Assembly: GCF_009914755.1 (NCBI RefSeq)
Contig: NC_060942.1
Origin: the human T2T-CHM13v2.0 reference genome, Homo sapiens
Reading direction: 5' to 3' (one strand)
Length of the DNA: 64,000 nt
Of the stretch, positions 13,578 through 25,339 are shown in pieces; positions within the stretch are counted from its first letter, which is position 1, and each line of letters begins with the position of its first letter. The position numbers were made by a program, and so were the translations under genes. A model generated the notes under the pieces. It saw nothing but the letters and a program-made list of their open reading frames with translations, searched no databases and had not been told where the DNA came from.

Positions 13578-14602
13578 AAGGCAGTAAAAAGACACCTAAA
13601 GACATAGAGCCTTTAATGACACTATTTAGGCTGTTGATTAAATGCTCTGAAACTCACTGTGTCTTTGGGCTATTACATGAGTTAAATATCCCCTGTGTAT
13701 TTTAACCCAAAGGTCATATTTTATAAATGATAAAAACTGAGATTTTTTAAGCCAGGTCTTTGACTTCGGGATGCAATCCCTTTTTATGAGAGCAAACGCT
13801 CTCCTAAGTGATTAAAATAGTTAAATTTTATGTACAATGCAATACACAGACACACACACATATATATGTAGATCACTGCATTTAATCATTTCATTATCAT
13901 AATAAGTTTAGAACTGGTATCATTTTTATTTTACATACAATAAGTGTGAACAAGAGAAGTTAATTAATTTGAAATGATTGTTAGTTGCAGGGCCAAGCAC
14001 TTACAAGGATTGAACACTAGTGTCAGGGTTGGTCCTTGAAAGATCCATGCCAGTCAGGACATGCCCTTCACCTTAGTGACTGATTTTGGTGACCCAGATC
14101 TAAGGCACTCATGGCATTCCCCTTGGCCTCAGAGAGTGGTTCAAGAATAGGCAAATGGTCCATTTAAGCAGGAAAAACCACAGAGAGAGGCCTGTTTGGG
14201 AGGTTCTCAGAAAGAAGCATCTCCATTTCTCTGCAATACTCAGGTGTGATATGCAGATGTGAAGCCTGAAACTAATGCAGCCATTTGATCTTATAAGATA
14301 AACCCAACTGGCAATGAAACTGACACTGCAGAAGGCAGAGAAACGAGACCTAAAGACATAGAGCCTTTAATGACACCATTTAGGCTCTTGATTAAATGCT
14401 CTGATTCTCACTGTGTCTCTGGATTTTCCATTACATGAATTAAATATCTCCTGTATAGTTTAACCCAAAGGTCATAAAACTTGTAAATGGTAAAACTGAG
14501 ATTCTAAGCCATGTCTTTGACTTCAGGATCCAATCACTTTTCTATGACTGCAAATGCTCTCCTAAGCGATTAAAATAATTAAATTTTATGCACAATGCGA
14601 TA
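13578..14602 (+). repeat. ~265-bp direct repeat pair (13578-13844 and 14332-14602)
   Basis: Both copies run ACCTAAAGACATAGAGCCTTTAATGACAC...CTCTCCTAAG...AAATTTTATG(T/C)ACAATGC. Confidence 0.93.
14040..14462 (+). mobile_element. Old MaLR LTR (MLT1K/L-like) inserted in a MIR
   Basis: GATGTGAAGCCTGAAACTAATGCAGCCATTTG...GAAGGCAGAG...CTCTGGATTTTCCATTACATGA; minus-strand MIR halves on both sides. Confidence 0.65.
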
Positions 14603-14779
14603 GAAAATTAACTTCAGCTCCTCAGCAGGGAAGTAATCTGATCAAAACAATGGGTGAGACAGATGGCCCTGATTTGGGTGTTCAGAGTTAACTGGGGAAG
14701 GACAGGAAGGAAGGTAGAGGAATTATCTTAAAGTCATTGTTGCAGTGTTCTGGGGATTTGCTACAACAAATTCATGTGT

Positions 14780-15650
14780 GTCTTCAATAAGTATTTGAGC
14801 ACTTACCCTGTGCTAGATACTAAGAATATAGTGTGACAAAATAGACATGCTCCCTGCTTATATGAAGTTATAGTCAGTCTGGAGCAGCGGTTGTCAAACC
14901 ATGACCCTTGAGCCAAATACTGCTGCTGCTTGTTTTTGTAAATAAAATTTTATTGGAACATAGTCATGGTCATTACTTTATGTATTATCTGTGACTGCTT
15001 TGCACTACAATGTCAGAGCTGAGTAGTTGCTGCAGAGAATACATGGCACACAGGGCCTGAGATATTTATTATCTGGCCCGTTACAGAAAAGGTTTGCTTA
15101 TCATTAGAGGGAGGAGACAGACATTGATCAGATTGGATCATACATTTGTAAATATTGGGTGATAGATATAATCTATCTATTATATCTAATATATCTATTA
15201 TATATAATATCTAATATATATTATAAATATTGGGTGATATAAGCTATCACCCAATATTTAGATTGTTATAGATTATAGATTGTTATAGATCAGATCTGAT
15301 TGTGATAACTGAAGTACCTGAGGAAGAATGAGCTGAAGGTACTAATCTGGGTGGGGGAGTTCACTTCTTGGAGGAAGTGATATGTGAGCTGGGGTAATAA
15401 ACGAGTAGGAATCAGCACTGTGAATGCTAGAGGAAGAGTATTCCCTGCAGGGTGTGTGAAGCCTGGAGATGGGAAAGAGAACATTGGAATAGGTCAAGGA
15501 ATCGAGAGAAGGGTGATGTGGCTTGAGCATGGTGAATATGGAGGAGTGTGTCAGGGGTGAGGCTGGGAGTAACCAGGTCAGATCACGGAGAACCTTATAG
15601 GCCATGATAGGCCATCTGTGTTTTCTCTACATGGAGTGGAAAACCATTTC
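14780..15650 (-). mobile_element. L2 3' region, interrupted by MER58A and an AT-rich patch
   Basis: TTCAATAAGTATTTGAGCACTTACCCTGTGCTAG...AGACATGCTCCCTGC; later GTCAGATCACGGAGAACCTTATAGGCCATG. Confidence 0.7.
14885..15102 (+). mobile_element. MER58A hAT DNA transposon
   Basis: TGTTTTTGTAAATAAAATTTTATTGGAACA...GAGCTGAGTAGTTGC...TATCTGGCCCGTTACAGAAAAGGTTTGC. Confidence 0.85.
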
Positions 15651-15798
15651 ACTCATGGGAAGCTCAACTTCATCATTTATCTTTAATGAAGAAGAAACTA
15701 TATATATATTTTAATATTCAGTATTTTTGGTCTGTTGTCTTTCAACAGTTTTGGCTCAGTAAATAAAAATGAAATAAAAAAACTTTTTATAATATATA

Positions 15799-16111
15799 CA
15801 GTCAGCCTTCTGTATGCATGGTTCTACATCCGCAGATGCTACTAGCGATAAATTTAAAATATTTGGGAAAAAACAATAAAAAACAATAGTACTACAATAA
15901 ACATAATATGAATAAAATACAATATAATAGCGACTTACAGAGCATTTACATTGTATTAGGTATTAGGTATACAGGAAGATGTGCATAGGTTATATGCAAA
16001 TACTACACCATTTTATATCAGAGACTTGAGCATCCTCAGATTTTGGTATCTTTGGAGAAGGAGGGTGGGGGATTCTGGAACCAATCCCCATCCAATATGG
16101 AGGAACAACTA
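15799..16111 (+). mobile_element. MER2 (Tigger-derived) DNA transposon
   Basis: CAGTCAGCCTTCTGTAT start; AGCATTTACATTGTATTAGGTATT and GGTTATATGCAAATACTAC; TA at both flanks. Confidence 0.85.
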
Positions 16112-17371
16112 TAATTTTTACATCCCTATATATTTTTCAAGGATAAGGGCAACACATTATGATGGACTTCTCTATTATGGGTAGATGTAAGATAGGAAGG
16201 AATTTAGAGCATTACAGGGGATGCTAATTAAGTGATGATATAGTGGCAGTTATAGAAAACACTCTCTAGACCATGCTTATAAAAAGAGGAGTACTTCTCT
16301 TTGTTGCTGCTATGTCTAACCCAACCTCTGTTTACTCAACCAATAAAGGGAGTGTGGAAGGATGGTGTCGAGGGAGGACCCCTGACTTCTTAGAAACAGC
16401 AACCTTCTGTTCATGCTCAGAATAGATGGCATTGGCTGGTCCACCTGGCCAAAGACAGGGGAAATTTGCAGTGGGTCCAGAAGCAGCATGGTGGGACTGA
16501 GAGCATGGAGGTTGGCAGAGTCGAATCCTGTTCTCTTCTGTCTTGAGACTCTCTCCCAGGGGGCTCCATGGCTCCATCCAGAATCTGTAGGGAGATGAGC
16601 TACAAATTTCTATCTCCACCTTAGAGCTCTTTGTTTTAACCTTCTAACCTATACATCCAAATGCTGCTTGGTATGCTGTCTTGGATGTCTCAAAAGCAGC
16701 TTAAACTCAACATATCCTTAAGTCAAGTTAATAGAACAAGCTGCTACCTGCACAGGTGGACAGCTCCCCTCAGGATGAGGCACCAAGATTGACTTTCCAA
16801 CTCTTCAGCACCCTCTCCTTCCCCTTTTCTCTGCCACACATCTTGCCTGTTATTGTGCTTTGACCCCCTCTATTAGCTGACTAAAAGCTTTACTGGCATA
16901 ATATCCCTTATTTTCATCCTGCTTCTTTTGACTCCCTATTGTCTTCTACCTTAAGAAAAATCAAACTGCTCTGGTGTTTTTCTCAGACCACAGCTACTGC
17001 TCTCGATAGACCTGATTACTGCCAAAAATGTAATGACTGTTCCTTTAGCAAATTCACAAGGTAGATTTCCTTCTACAGGTCCATTCTGATACATAAATTT
17101 CCCTCACATTATTAATCTCAAACTTTGGTCTTATAAAAATTGAACTTTGACACCACTTCAATACAGTGTCGCTGCTGAAGTAATGAAAACCTGATTGGCA
17201 GAAACCTCCTCTTGAGGAATGGAAAGAATATTGGGGCTCTCCTTGCTACAGTGGTCTGCTTGTTCTCTTCAGTGACACAACTGCTTGCTTTTCAGAAGTT
17301 GTTGAAACTCCATTCAAAGAATCTTCCCACCTGGAGAGAGAAAAAAACAAGTCTTATTCCTGTTGTGATAA

Positions 17372-17800
17372 ATTCCCAGAGTAGGAATAGTATAAGTAGA
17401 AAGGGTGGTCTCGAACTTATCTATGACCCTATAGGATATCATGAATGATACAACTTCTGCTCTGGAAGCCCAACTAAACAGTTTACATTTAGATTCATTA
17501 GCTAATGTTATCATGAGTAATCACGTAGGTCTTAATTTCCTCTTAGCTAGCCAAGGGGAAATTTATGCTGTAGCAAACACTTTTAGCTGCACCTAGGAAG
17601 AACAATCTATAATTAGGCTAAGAAAAAACCTCTTGGATCTCTAGAAAAGACCATTTGAAATCTGGGACATGTTTTCATTGCCTGGGTTTCATAATCTAGG
17701 TCCCTGTCTTCAGGGCCTATTACAAGAACTAATAACCATTTTTGTTTCTGTTTCTGGTAACTGCCTGTGTTGCAGTGGGCTGATGTATCTTGCCAAGAGT
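17372..17800 (+). pseudogene. env: Degenerate class I ERV env transmembrane-subunit relic
   Basis: Hand translation from 17372: IPRVGIV*VERVVSNLSMTL*DIMNDTTSALEAQLNSLHLDSLANVIMSNHVGLNFLLASQGEIYAVANTFSCT*. This resembles heptad repeat, immunosuppressive domain and decayed CX6CC. It is followed by MFSLPGFHNLGPCLQGLLQELITIF (membrane-proximal/TM-like). Confidence 0.8.
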
Positions 17801-18012
17801 CATAAATGCTACTGTGCAGCCACCGTCTTGTCAGATGATAAGCAACTTGTCCTTCAACAAAGGGAACAAACCTGGTCCCATACCTGTGGGGTATAGACCA
17901 CATGGCTGGTACAACCACCTAACCAGCAAAAACTCAGCAACGGTGAGACATGAACATTCTAGATGAATACCTTGCAGCTTAACCTTTTCCGCCTTTGGAC
18001 AAAAGGGTGGCC

Positions 18013-18582
18013 TGAGAGTGAGAAAAGTAGCCCTGACGGCAAGGAACTTAACTGGTTTTATGCATTAGGCTGTCACTTTTCTAGGCACGTCCAGTTATTT
18101 ACAGCTAGGCTGTGGTGTTCCCTTGCGGCACATAAACAATGTCAAAGCACGCCAACATCAGGTGAGGCCACTCAGACGGGACAAAAACAGGATCCAAAAG
18201 CATAATCGTCCTTAACACAAAAATGAGCAAACATCACCTCCTCCTGGATACACATGCCTGTTTTATCTTTACCAGTCATAATCACAACTTCAGCTTCATT
18301 CAGCCATCTGGGTAAGAATTACGAAGATACCCAATTATAGAAAGATCCCTGCTTCCCGACAGCATGCAAAGCAGAGCAAACTCCCATTTCCTTGTATCAT
18401 CTCCAAATCACCTAATAGAAGCCTGAGTTCTGTAATAAGTCCCTCCTAGCAGTCTCTTTCTGAGATCTTCTATGCTTCCCCACTGTGTGCATTCATTCTC
18501 TCTTGTTGCAACAAGTCAGCATGCCTGATCTTATTCAGCTGCAGGCCTGCACTTGCTGGTCTTTGGCTGAAAGGCATCAACA
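18013..18582 (+). mobile_element. ERV1 3' LTR (MER67-like)
   Basis: Follows the purine tract AAAAGGGTGG; TG...CA ends (TGAGAGTGAGAAAAGTAGCCCTGAC...GGTCTTTGGCTGAAAGGCATCAACA). Family name from memory. Confidence 0.75.
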
Positions 18583-19470
18583 TTTTCTTGTACTATGTCA
18601 CATCTCAGTAAATGTTACTGTCACCTCTTCCATTCTAATAAATATACAGAGATCAAGAAGTCACACTTGACATCTTCCTCTTGGCCCCATCCTCCATCAA
18701 TAAAAAAGTCCTAATGTTTTTACCACATAAATAGGTCTCATAACCATTTCCTTCTCTGTCTTTAAAGCAACCTTAGTGGTCCAAGCTACATGCATCCCTC
18801 ATTTTGTCTACTGTAATCATCTTTTAACTGGTCTTCCTGTAGCCCCCTTGACTTTCTTCAACCTCTTGTTTTCCACACTGCAGTCAGAGTTTTTATTTCT
18901 AATGGGAAATTTTAAAACAGTCATTCTCATGTTGAAAGTGCTTTAACACTTCCAAATGCTCTTAAAATAAAGACACAATCACTTAACATGGCTGACAAGG
19001 CCACAAGAAGTCTGGCCAGTTCTTGCTTTTTCAGCCTCATCGTATGCTATCCCCACCTCTTTCTATTCCAGCCACATTGGCCTTCTGTCATTTCCTTGAA
19101 CACCATGTGCTTTTGGCTACTGTAGGGTTTTTGCACATGGCCTCTCTCTGGAAATTCACTCTTCTCCTCCTTTGGTTAATAAACTTTTCTTCACTTTCCA
19201 GATCTCAGTTCACCTGTATCTTAGGGTAGCCTCCTTTACCAACCTGAGGAAATCAGTTCATCTTGTTTACAGCTCGTTGCACCATGCATCTCTCTGTGGT
19301 AGCTCTTTTAAAATTTGTATTGGTTTGATTCTTTGAGTAATCCTTATCTCCCCCGGAAGACTCCTTGCTCTTAGTAGGTGCTTAATAAATGTTTTTGAAG
19401 TGAGTGACTAGTCTCTGTTCTGCTGCTGGGAAGCTGCATCATTTTGAACACGTTATTTAACCTTGTTATT

Positions 19471-19866
19471 TGTATTAGTTTGCAAGGGCTGCCATAAGAA
19501 AATAGCACAAACTGGGTGGCTTAAACACAGACATTTATTTTCTCACAGCTCTGTAAGCTAGAAGTCCAAGATTAAGGTGCCATCAGGGTTGGTTTCTGAT
19601 GCAGGTTCTCTTCTAGGCTTGCAGGTGGTGCCTTCTCCCTAGGTCTTCAGATGGCCTTTTCTCTGCGCGGATCAGGGGAGACCTACAGTGTCTCTTCCTC
19701 TTCTTATAAAACACCAGTCCTACTGAATTAAGGCCTTGCCATTATGACCTCATTTAATCTTAATTACCTCCTTAAAGGCCGCATTCCAAATATGGTAAGT
19801 AACATTGAGAGTTAAAGCTTCAACATGTGAATTTGCGGTGGGGGAACACAATTCAGTCTGTGGTAT
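19471..19866 (-). mobile_element. MLT1A-type MaLR solo LTR
   Basis: TGTATTAGTTTGCAAGGGCTGCCATAA...AACTGGGTGGCTTAAAC...GGGGAACACAATTCAGTC. Confidence 0.88.
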
Positions 19867-20353
19867 CAGCCTTCAAATTCTTTGTCTGTATGAAGAATAA
19901 TTATGCAGGCCTGCTCCTGGCAAGATGTTTTAATGGCAGAATTAGACAATGAATGTTAAAGCTCCTTCAGACATAAAGTGCTAACCCATGGAATGGGGTA
20001 GGAGTGCACTGTTTGACCAAGAAGGACTGTGATTAATGCCCTTTCAGTGTTGAAAACATTTATAGGTAAAAAAGCCCATGCTGGGATGGGGGTAAGGATT
20101 GTTTTAGATCAACATTAGAAACATTTTTCTCTAATAGGTAGAGTCAAGGTGTTTGATAATGAGCTAGGATTCTTGGAATTGTTAGTCCCCATGTCTGGAT
20201 GGCTCTTGCAGGACATTCTATGGGCTAGGAGGCTGGACCAGGTTTCTTCTAAATTCTTTTCTCCCTTGAAGCTTTGTTCCTTGTGCTGTGTTACAGGTTG
20301 CCTTTACCTCACCAGGAATGGGCCCTGAGCTCATCTAATTTGACCATGTATAT

Positions 20354-20696
20354 GAGAAGTCAGCAAACTACTTCTGAAAAGGACAAGGTGGTAAATAAAT
20401 ATTTTAGTCTTTGCAAGCTATGTGCTCTCTTTTGCAGCCACTTAACTCTGCCATTGTGGCACAAAAGCAGCTTTAGACACTACATAAACAAATAAGTGTG
20501 GCTGAGTTTCAAGAAAACCTTATCTATAGACACTGAAATCCAAATTTCATATGATTTTCATGTGTCACAACATAGTATTCTTCTTTCGATTTTTCTTTTC
20601 AACTATTTAAAAATGTAAAAATCATTCTTTCCTGGTGAGTCTGCAAATATGCAGTGCATTGGATTTGACCTAGGGCCGTAGTTTGCCAATCTTTGA
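20354..20696 (-). mobile_element. MER58B hAT DNA transposon
   Basis: GTCAGCAAACT...AACTCTGCCATTGTGGCACAAAAGCAGC...ATTTCATATGATTTTCATGTGTCACA...GGGCCGTAGTTTGCCA. Confidence 0.85.
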
Positions 20697-21819
20697 TGTA
20701 TATCGTTAACTCTGAACCTGAAATATCATTAATTTCCTGGCTATCCTTAGACCACCAAACTACCTTGATTTTCAGGCATGGTTGGAAAAATCTAATCTTC
20801 TCTAATTTGACTTACTGGCTAGACAGAACATTTACTTTATTGTTTCCATAAGTTTCATTTTACTACTGGCTGTGAAAAAATTTCTTATCCCTTTGCCAGG
20901 TTATAGCAGCTGACGCTAGGCTCTTAAGCCAAACCTGGCCTTTTCCACATTCCCTCTGCTTCTGGCCAACCCTAATTCTGCCATATTCTTGGAGTCCCTT
21001 AGCTGCTGCCAATGCCAAGCCCCCAACCTGTAAACCAGCCTCTTCCAATAAGTATTTCCAACCTCTAGATTTTAAAAATACCCCAGTGCCACATGTAGAT
21101 TCAATTACAAAGCACAGACATGCATCTAGAAGAAGAGAAGGGCAAAAATTGACTGATGTTCCACCAGCAGCCCTTAGGCCACTTGGCAAGAATGACTCCA
21201 TTCAATTTAAAGATTGTGTTAAATGACAGTGTCTCATTTTCCCAAAGATCCTTAAATTAGAGGGTACGAAGGCTTCTTCAAATGCCTGACCAGACATAAT
21301 TCTGCCATGGATGTTTTTAGTGCTGGCAAATCATCTAGTGATCGGGTCAAGAGATGTATGGAACCTTGATCTCTGCATTTTCTCCTGGCTATGGAATGGT
21401 TAGCTCTGTACTCAAACTGTCCTCTCCTTAATAGATATGAGACTGGTTAGGGAATGTCACAGGTGCCTAGAAATGAACACCTATGGTTCATGATATGTGC
21501 TGTGCAATGGAAAAAAATAGAATTGCTTCTAGCTGGCCAAAGGCATATAGAATATTCCGGCTCTAGAGCTTACATGTTGCAATTTTAGTCTCAGGGCTCT
21601 TCTAAAGAAAACTATCACGTTTGTTTATTGATCAATCTTTATTTATTATATCCCACGTTTAATGTTCTACAAAGCTACCAATCACGTGGCTGCACGCCCA
21701 TATCCTATTTAAAAAGTGCCAATTTATGTTACCAATGTGTGTGTCCATCCCAGGTAGCACAGTTACAACAAATGCCTGGAGAATTCCTGAAGCAACTCTT
21801 TTCCAGTCATACCTCTACG

Positions 21820-22560
21820 ACTCATTCATTCATTCAGTCTTTCGTTCATTCCATCCAGCAATAATCCTGACTTACATATTGTTTTCATTATTTTTACGCA
21901 TGTTTTGGTCATTCACCCATTGCAAGAGAAGTACTAGACACTAGGGATAAAAAAGATAAACAGACATAGGCCCATGTTAAAAAAATACTCTGCATATTTA
22001 GTTGTGGGGGAGTAAGGCATTTACAAAATGTGTTATTTTAGTGTGGAAAATGGCATAGCAGAGGTATGGACTGGGAGCTTTAGGACTAGTCAGGAAAGCA
22101 ATGGAAGTTTGGAGGCAGGGTAGGTTATGGAAAGCTTCAGAGGTGGCATAAGGACGGGCTATGAAGAATGAGTGGTCCACCAGGGAGAAGATGAGAAAGA
22201 ACATTCTAGGCAAAGTAGGCAGCACAACCCCCTTACTATTCCCAGAACATGCTTTCTTTTCTACAACCAGGCTGAATCGTATCCTCACTTTGCCTGTAAC
22301 TCTCTCATTTCATTCGGACTCTCATCTTTCTTTGTATACCTTTTCTCTCTGGGCTGGCATACAATGAGCTAGGAGTAACTAGTGGCAGACAAATGTTATA
22401 TATAGGAAGGGGCTTAAAAGCCAAGCTAGCCATTTTGTCTTATAGTAATGGATAGGTTTCTAAGTAGAGACAAGTCGATGTGAGCAATATTTTAGAAGGG
22501 TTTGCATGGCCATGGCATAACATGGTTTAGAAGCTGGGTATGAAAGTCACCTAGGATGCT
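21820..22560 (-). mobile_element. L2 fragment (highly diverged)
   Basis: (CATT)n L2 tail followed by CTAGACACTAGGGATAAAAAAGATAAACAGACATAGGCCC. Confidence 0.5.
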
Positions 22561-23625
22561 ATGTTGGTGATGTATACATTCTGCCTCCCATAGAACTGTG
22601 CAGGCTATATTTTGAGGGAGCAACCAGCCCAAAGTGGGCGTCTGGCCCCCGGTGGAGGAAGAGTATCTGCATACCCCCACTATAGTTCTGATAATGACTG
22701 AGAACCAGGCAAGGCCTTGGAGGAGAGGCTTAACTTGCAGCTCACTCAGTCCTCCTGAGAAGAGCCTGGAATTACTTAGCAATCAGGGAAATTTGGCCAA
22801 CATGGCAGATGGGCAGGAGCAACACTCCTGCTTGGCCTGAGGTTGAAAATGAGGTAGGCTGCCATCGTGCTGAGCAGGGACAGGGAAAGCAGAAGCTCAC
22901 AGGAAGGATGCAGTAAAAGCTGCCAAGGTGAATGTCAAGCAGGGCTAACAGAGTTCCGGAAACCTGAGCCAGCAAGAAGTGATAAGTAGACACAAGGTTC
23001 CCTGCAGAACCCTGGCAGATAGAAGAGTGTTATCAGGAAATACCCTTTTCTCACCATGGTGGGGAAATTTGTTACTTGTCTGGTCCAGATATTTCAAAAG
23101 CTGGTTCCCTGAAGGCATAATCCAAATTAAGACATCAAGTGATGGCAACTCTGCAACACTTCTGTTGAGCAGATAAATAGGCTCCAAAATGATTTTCAGA
23201 TACCTGGGAGATAGTGCAGAGAAGTGGGGGTCAGAAGACCTGGCCCTAGCTCAGCTCATCCCTCCATGTTTTTGTGACTTTGAGCAAGCCATTGAACTGG
23301 CTGGACCTCAGTTGCCTAATGTATAAAAGAGGTAGTAGAAGAGGCCAGCTAAATCATCTCTAAAATTTCTTTCATTTTGCAATTCAAAACATTGTGATTA
23401 AATGTGTGTGTTTTAAAGAAATTAGCAAATTTAAAGTGATGGGAATATCCAAATCACTGTTAGTAGGAACAAAAATTAGTACAACTCATTTGGAAAGCAA
23501 TTTGGCAATCTATGTTAAGAGCCATTCTATGTTCATAGCCATTGACTCAATAATTTCTTTCCTAGAAAACTATTCCAAAAAGTTTTCTGAAATTCAGAAA
23601 GAAAACAATGTGCTTTGTATTATAA

Positions 23626-23920
23626 TTTTTTTTTTTTTTTTGAGATGGAGTCTCGCTCTGTTGCCCATGCTGGGGTGCAGTGGTGTGATCCTGCTCACTT
23701 CAACCTCTGCCTCCCAGGTTCAAGCAATTCTTCTGCCTCAGCCTCCTGAGTAGCTGGAACTGCAGGTGTGCTGCACCATGCCCGGCTAATTTTTGTATTT
23801 TTAGTAGAGATGGGGTTTCACCATATTGGCCAGGCTGGTCTCATACTCCTGACCTGGTGATCTGCCCACCTCAGCCTCCCATAGTGCTGGGATTACAGGC
23901 ATGAGCCACCACACCTGCCC
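23626..23920 (-). mobile_element. AluS within old L1ME-like sequence
   Basis: Full Alu; imperfect TSD TGTATTATAATTT / TGTACTATGATTT. Confidence 0.95.
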
Positions 23921-24596
23921 TGTACTATGATTTATTTTAAGAGCAAAAATTGTCCAGCAATTGGGGGACAATGATTCATTGACATTCCAAATGGTAGATA
24001 TTTTTTAGTCATTAAAAAGTAATTATCAAGGCATATTAAATGATGATTTTAAGTAGTAAATAGGGAAATTATTGAATAGGGAAATGTTTATGTTATAATA
24101 TTTAGTTTTAAAAAAGCAGGATTCCAAGACTAAGATCTCAATGATTTAAAAAGGCATAAACAGACCACAGGAAAATATTAATTTTAAATGTTTGAGAGTA
24201 TTGATTTAATTTTTTCTCATTGTTCTGTAATATTCTAATAAACATATTACTTTTATTATGATAAAAACTGAAATAAGTCAAGTTTGTGATTACTAGTTGG
24301 TCATATATATTAAGAAGCTGTCAGAAAAAAATAGAAATCACCACAATTATAGAACTTCATTTGTTAATATAGAATGAAATTATGTACCATGCAGCTCAGT
24401 GGTTGATGGGTTACTGGAAAGCTTCCTGTACTCATAGTCAAAAGCTCTTGATATAAGTTGTAGTTCTTACATAGCCTAGTTGTATGGTCTTGAATAAGTT
24501 AGTCCCATCTCTGAATCTTAGGAATGTTATCTGTAAAATAGAAATTAAAAAACATTTATTGAATATCTACCATGTGCTAAATATTTGTGATATGAA

Positions 24597-24745
24597 ATAG
24601 TGATATCAATATCACTATTTATTAGCAAAATATGATTTTGCTAATATTTATTAGCAATCATATTTATTAGCAATCATATTTATTAGCAAATCATTTATTA
24701 GCAATCATATTTATTAGCAAAATATGATTCATGCTAATAAAAGAT
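24597..24745. repeat. AT-rich ~16-bp tandem repeat (ATTTATTAGCAATCAT) with perfect hairpins
   Basis: About 6 copies of TTTATTAGCAA; inverted repeats at 24597-24618 and 24620-24646. Confidence 0.9.
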
Positions 24746-24899
24746 TCATCAATAAAAGACACATCAGTAGATGTCTTCACTGAGTCTTTGAACTTGAGCG
24801 ATGAGTGGGTGTCAGTAATATGACACTTTAGCTAGAGGAAACAGCAAATCCATTATCAGGGACCTCCTCTTGAAATGTTTCATGCAGGGAGGTGGCCTG

Positions 24900-25110
24900 G
24901 CAGCACGGAATAACAGAAAGACCATGGGCATGGTGTCATTGGTCTGTGTTCAAATCCTGACTTAGTCTCTTACTAGCTGTGTGACCTTGGGGAAGTTGCT
25001 CAACCTCTCTGTGCCTCAATTTTCTTCACCTTAAAGTGGGGATTCTATTACTTATTTCTCATGAGTATTGTGTGTAGAGACAACTTTTGTAAAGTACTTG
25101 ATAAAGCAGT
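24900..25110 (+). mobile_element. MIRb SINE
   Basis: TTCAAATCCTG...TTACTAGCTGTGTGACCTTGGGGAAGTTGCTCAACCTCTCTGTGCCTCA core. Confidence 0.88.
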
Positions 25111-25339
25111 GATCCATGTCTTCAACAATTATGTATTGAACGCCCAGTATGTGTTACATGTGGCCACAGAGGCTGAGAATAAACAATAACCAGACAACTT
25201 CCTGTGATCTTCCATTTAAAATATGTATTATTATCACTCATAATATAATACTGTTATTGGAAAGAAGTTCTCAGGATTTTCTATGCACCACATTGTCCCA
25301 TCAGTTTTCATTACTGCTGTGATTTTCATATCAGATCAT

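Larger units (their letters stand above)
16595..19410 (+). mobile_element. L2 (pieces ~16595-16720 and ~18590-19410) split by an ERV insertion
   Basis: TTGGATGTCTCAAAAGCAGCTTAAACTCAACATATCC; resumes CATCTCAGTAAATG...; ends TAGTAGGTGCTTAATAAATGTTTTTGAAGTGAGTGA. Confidence 0.7.
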
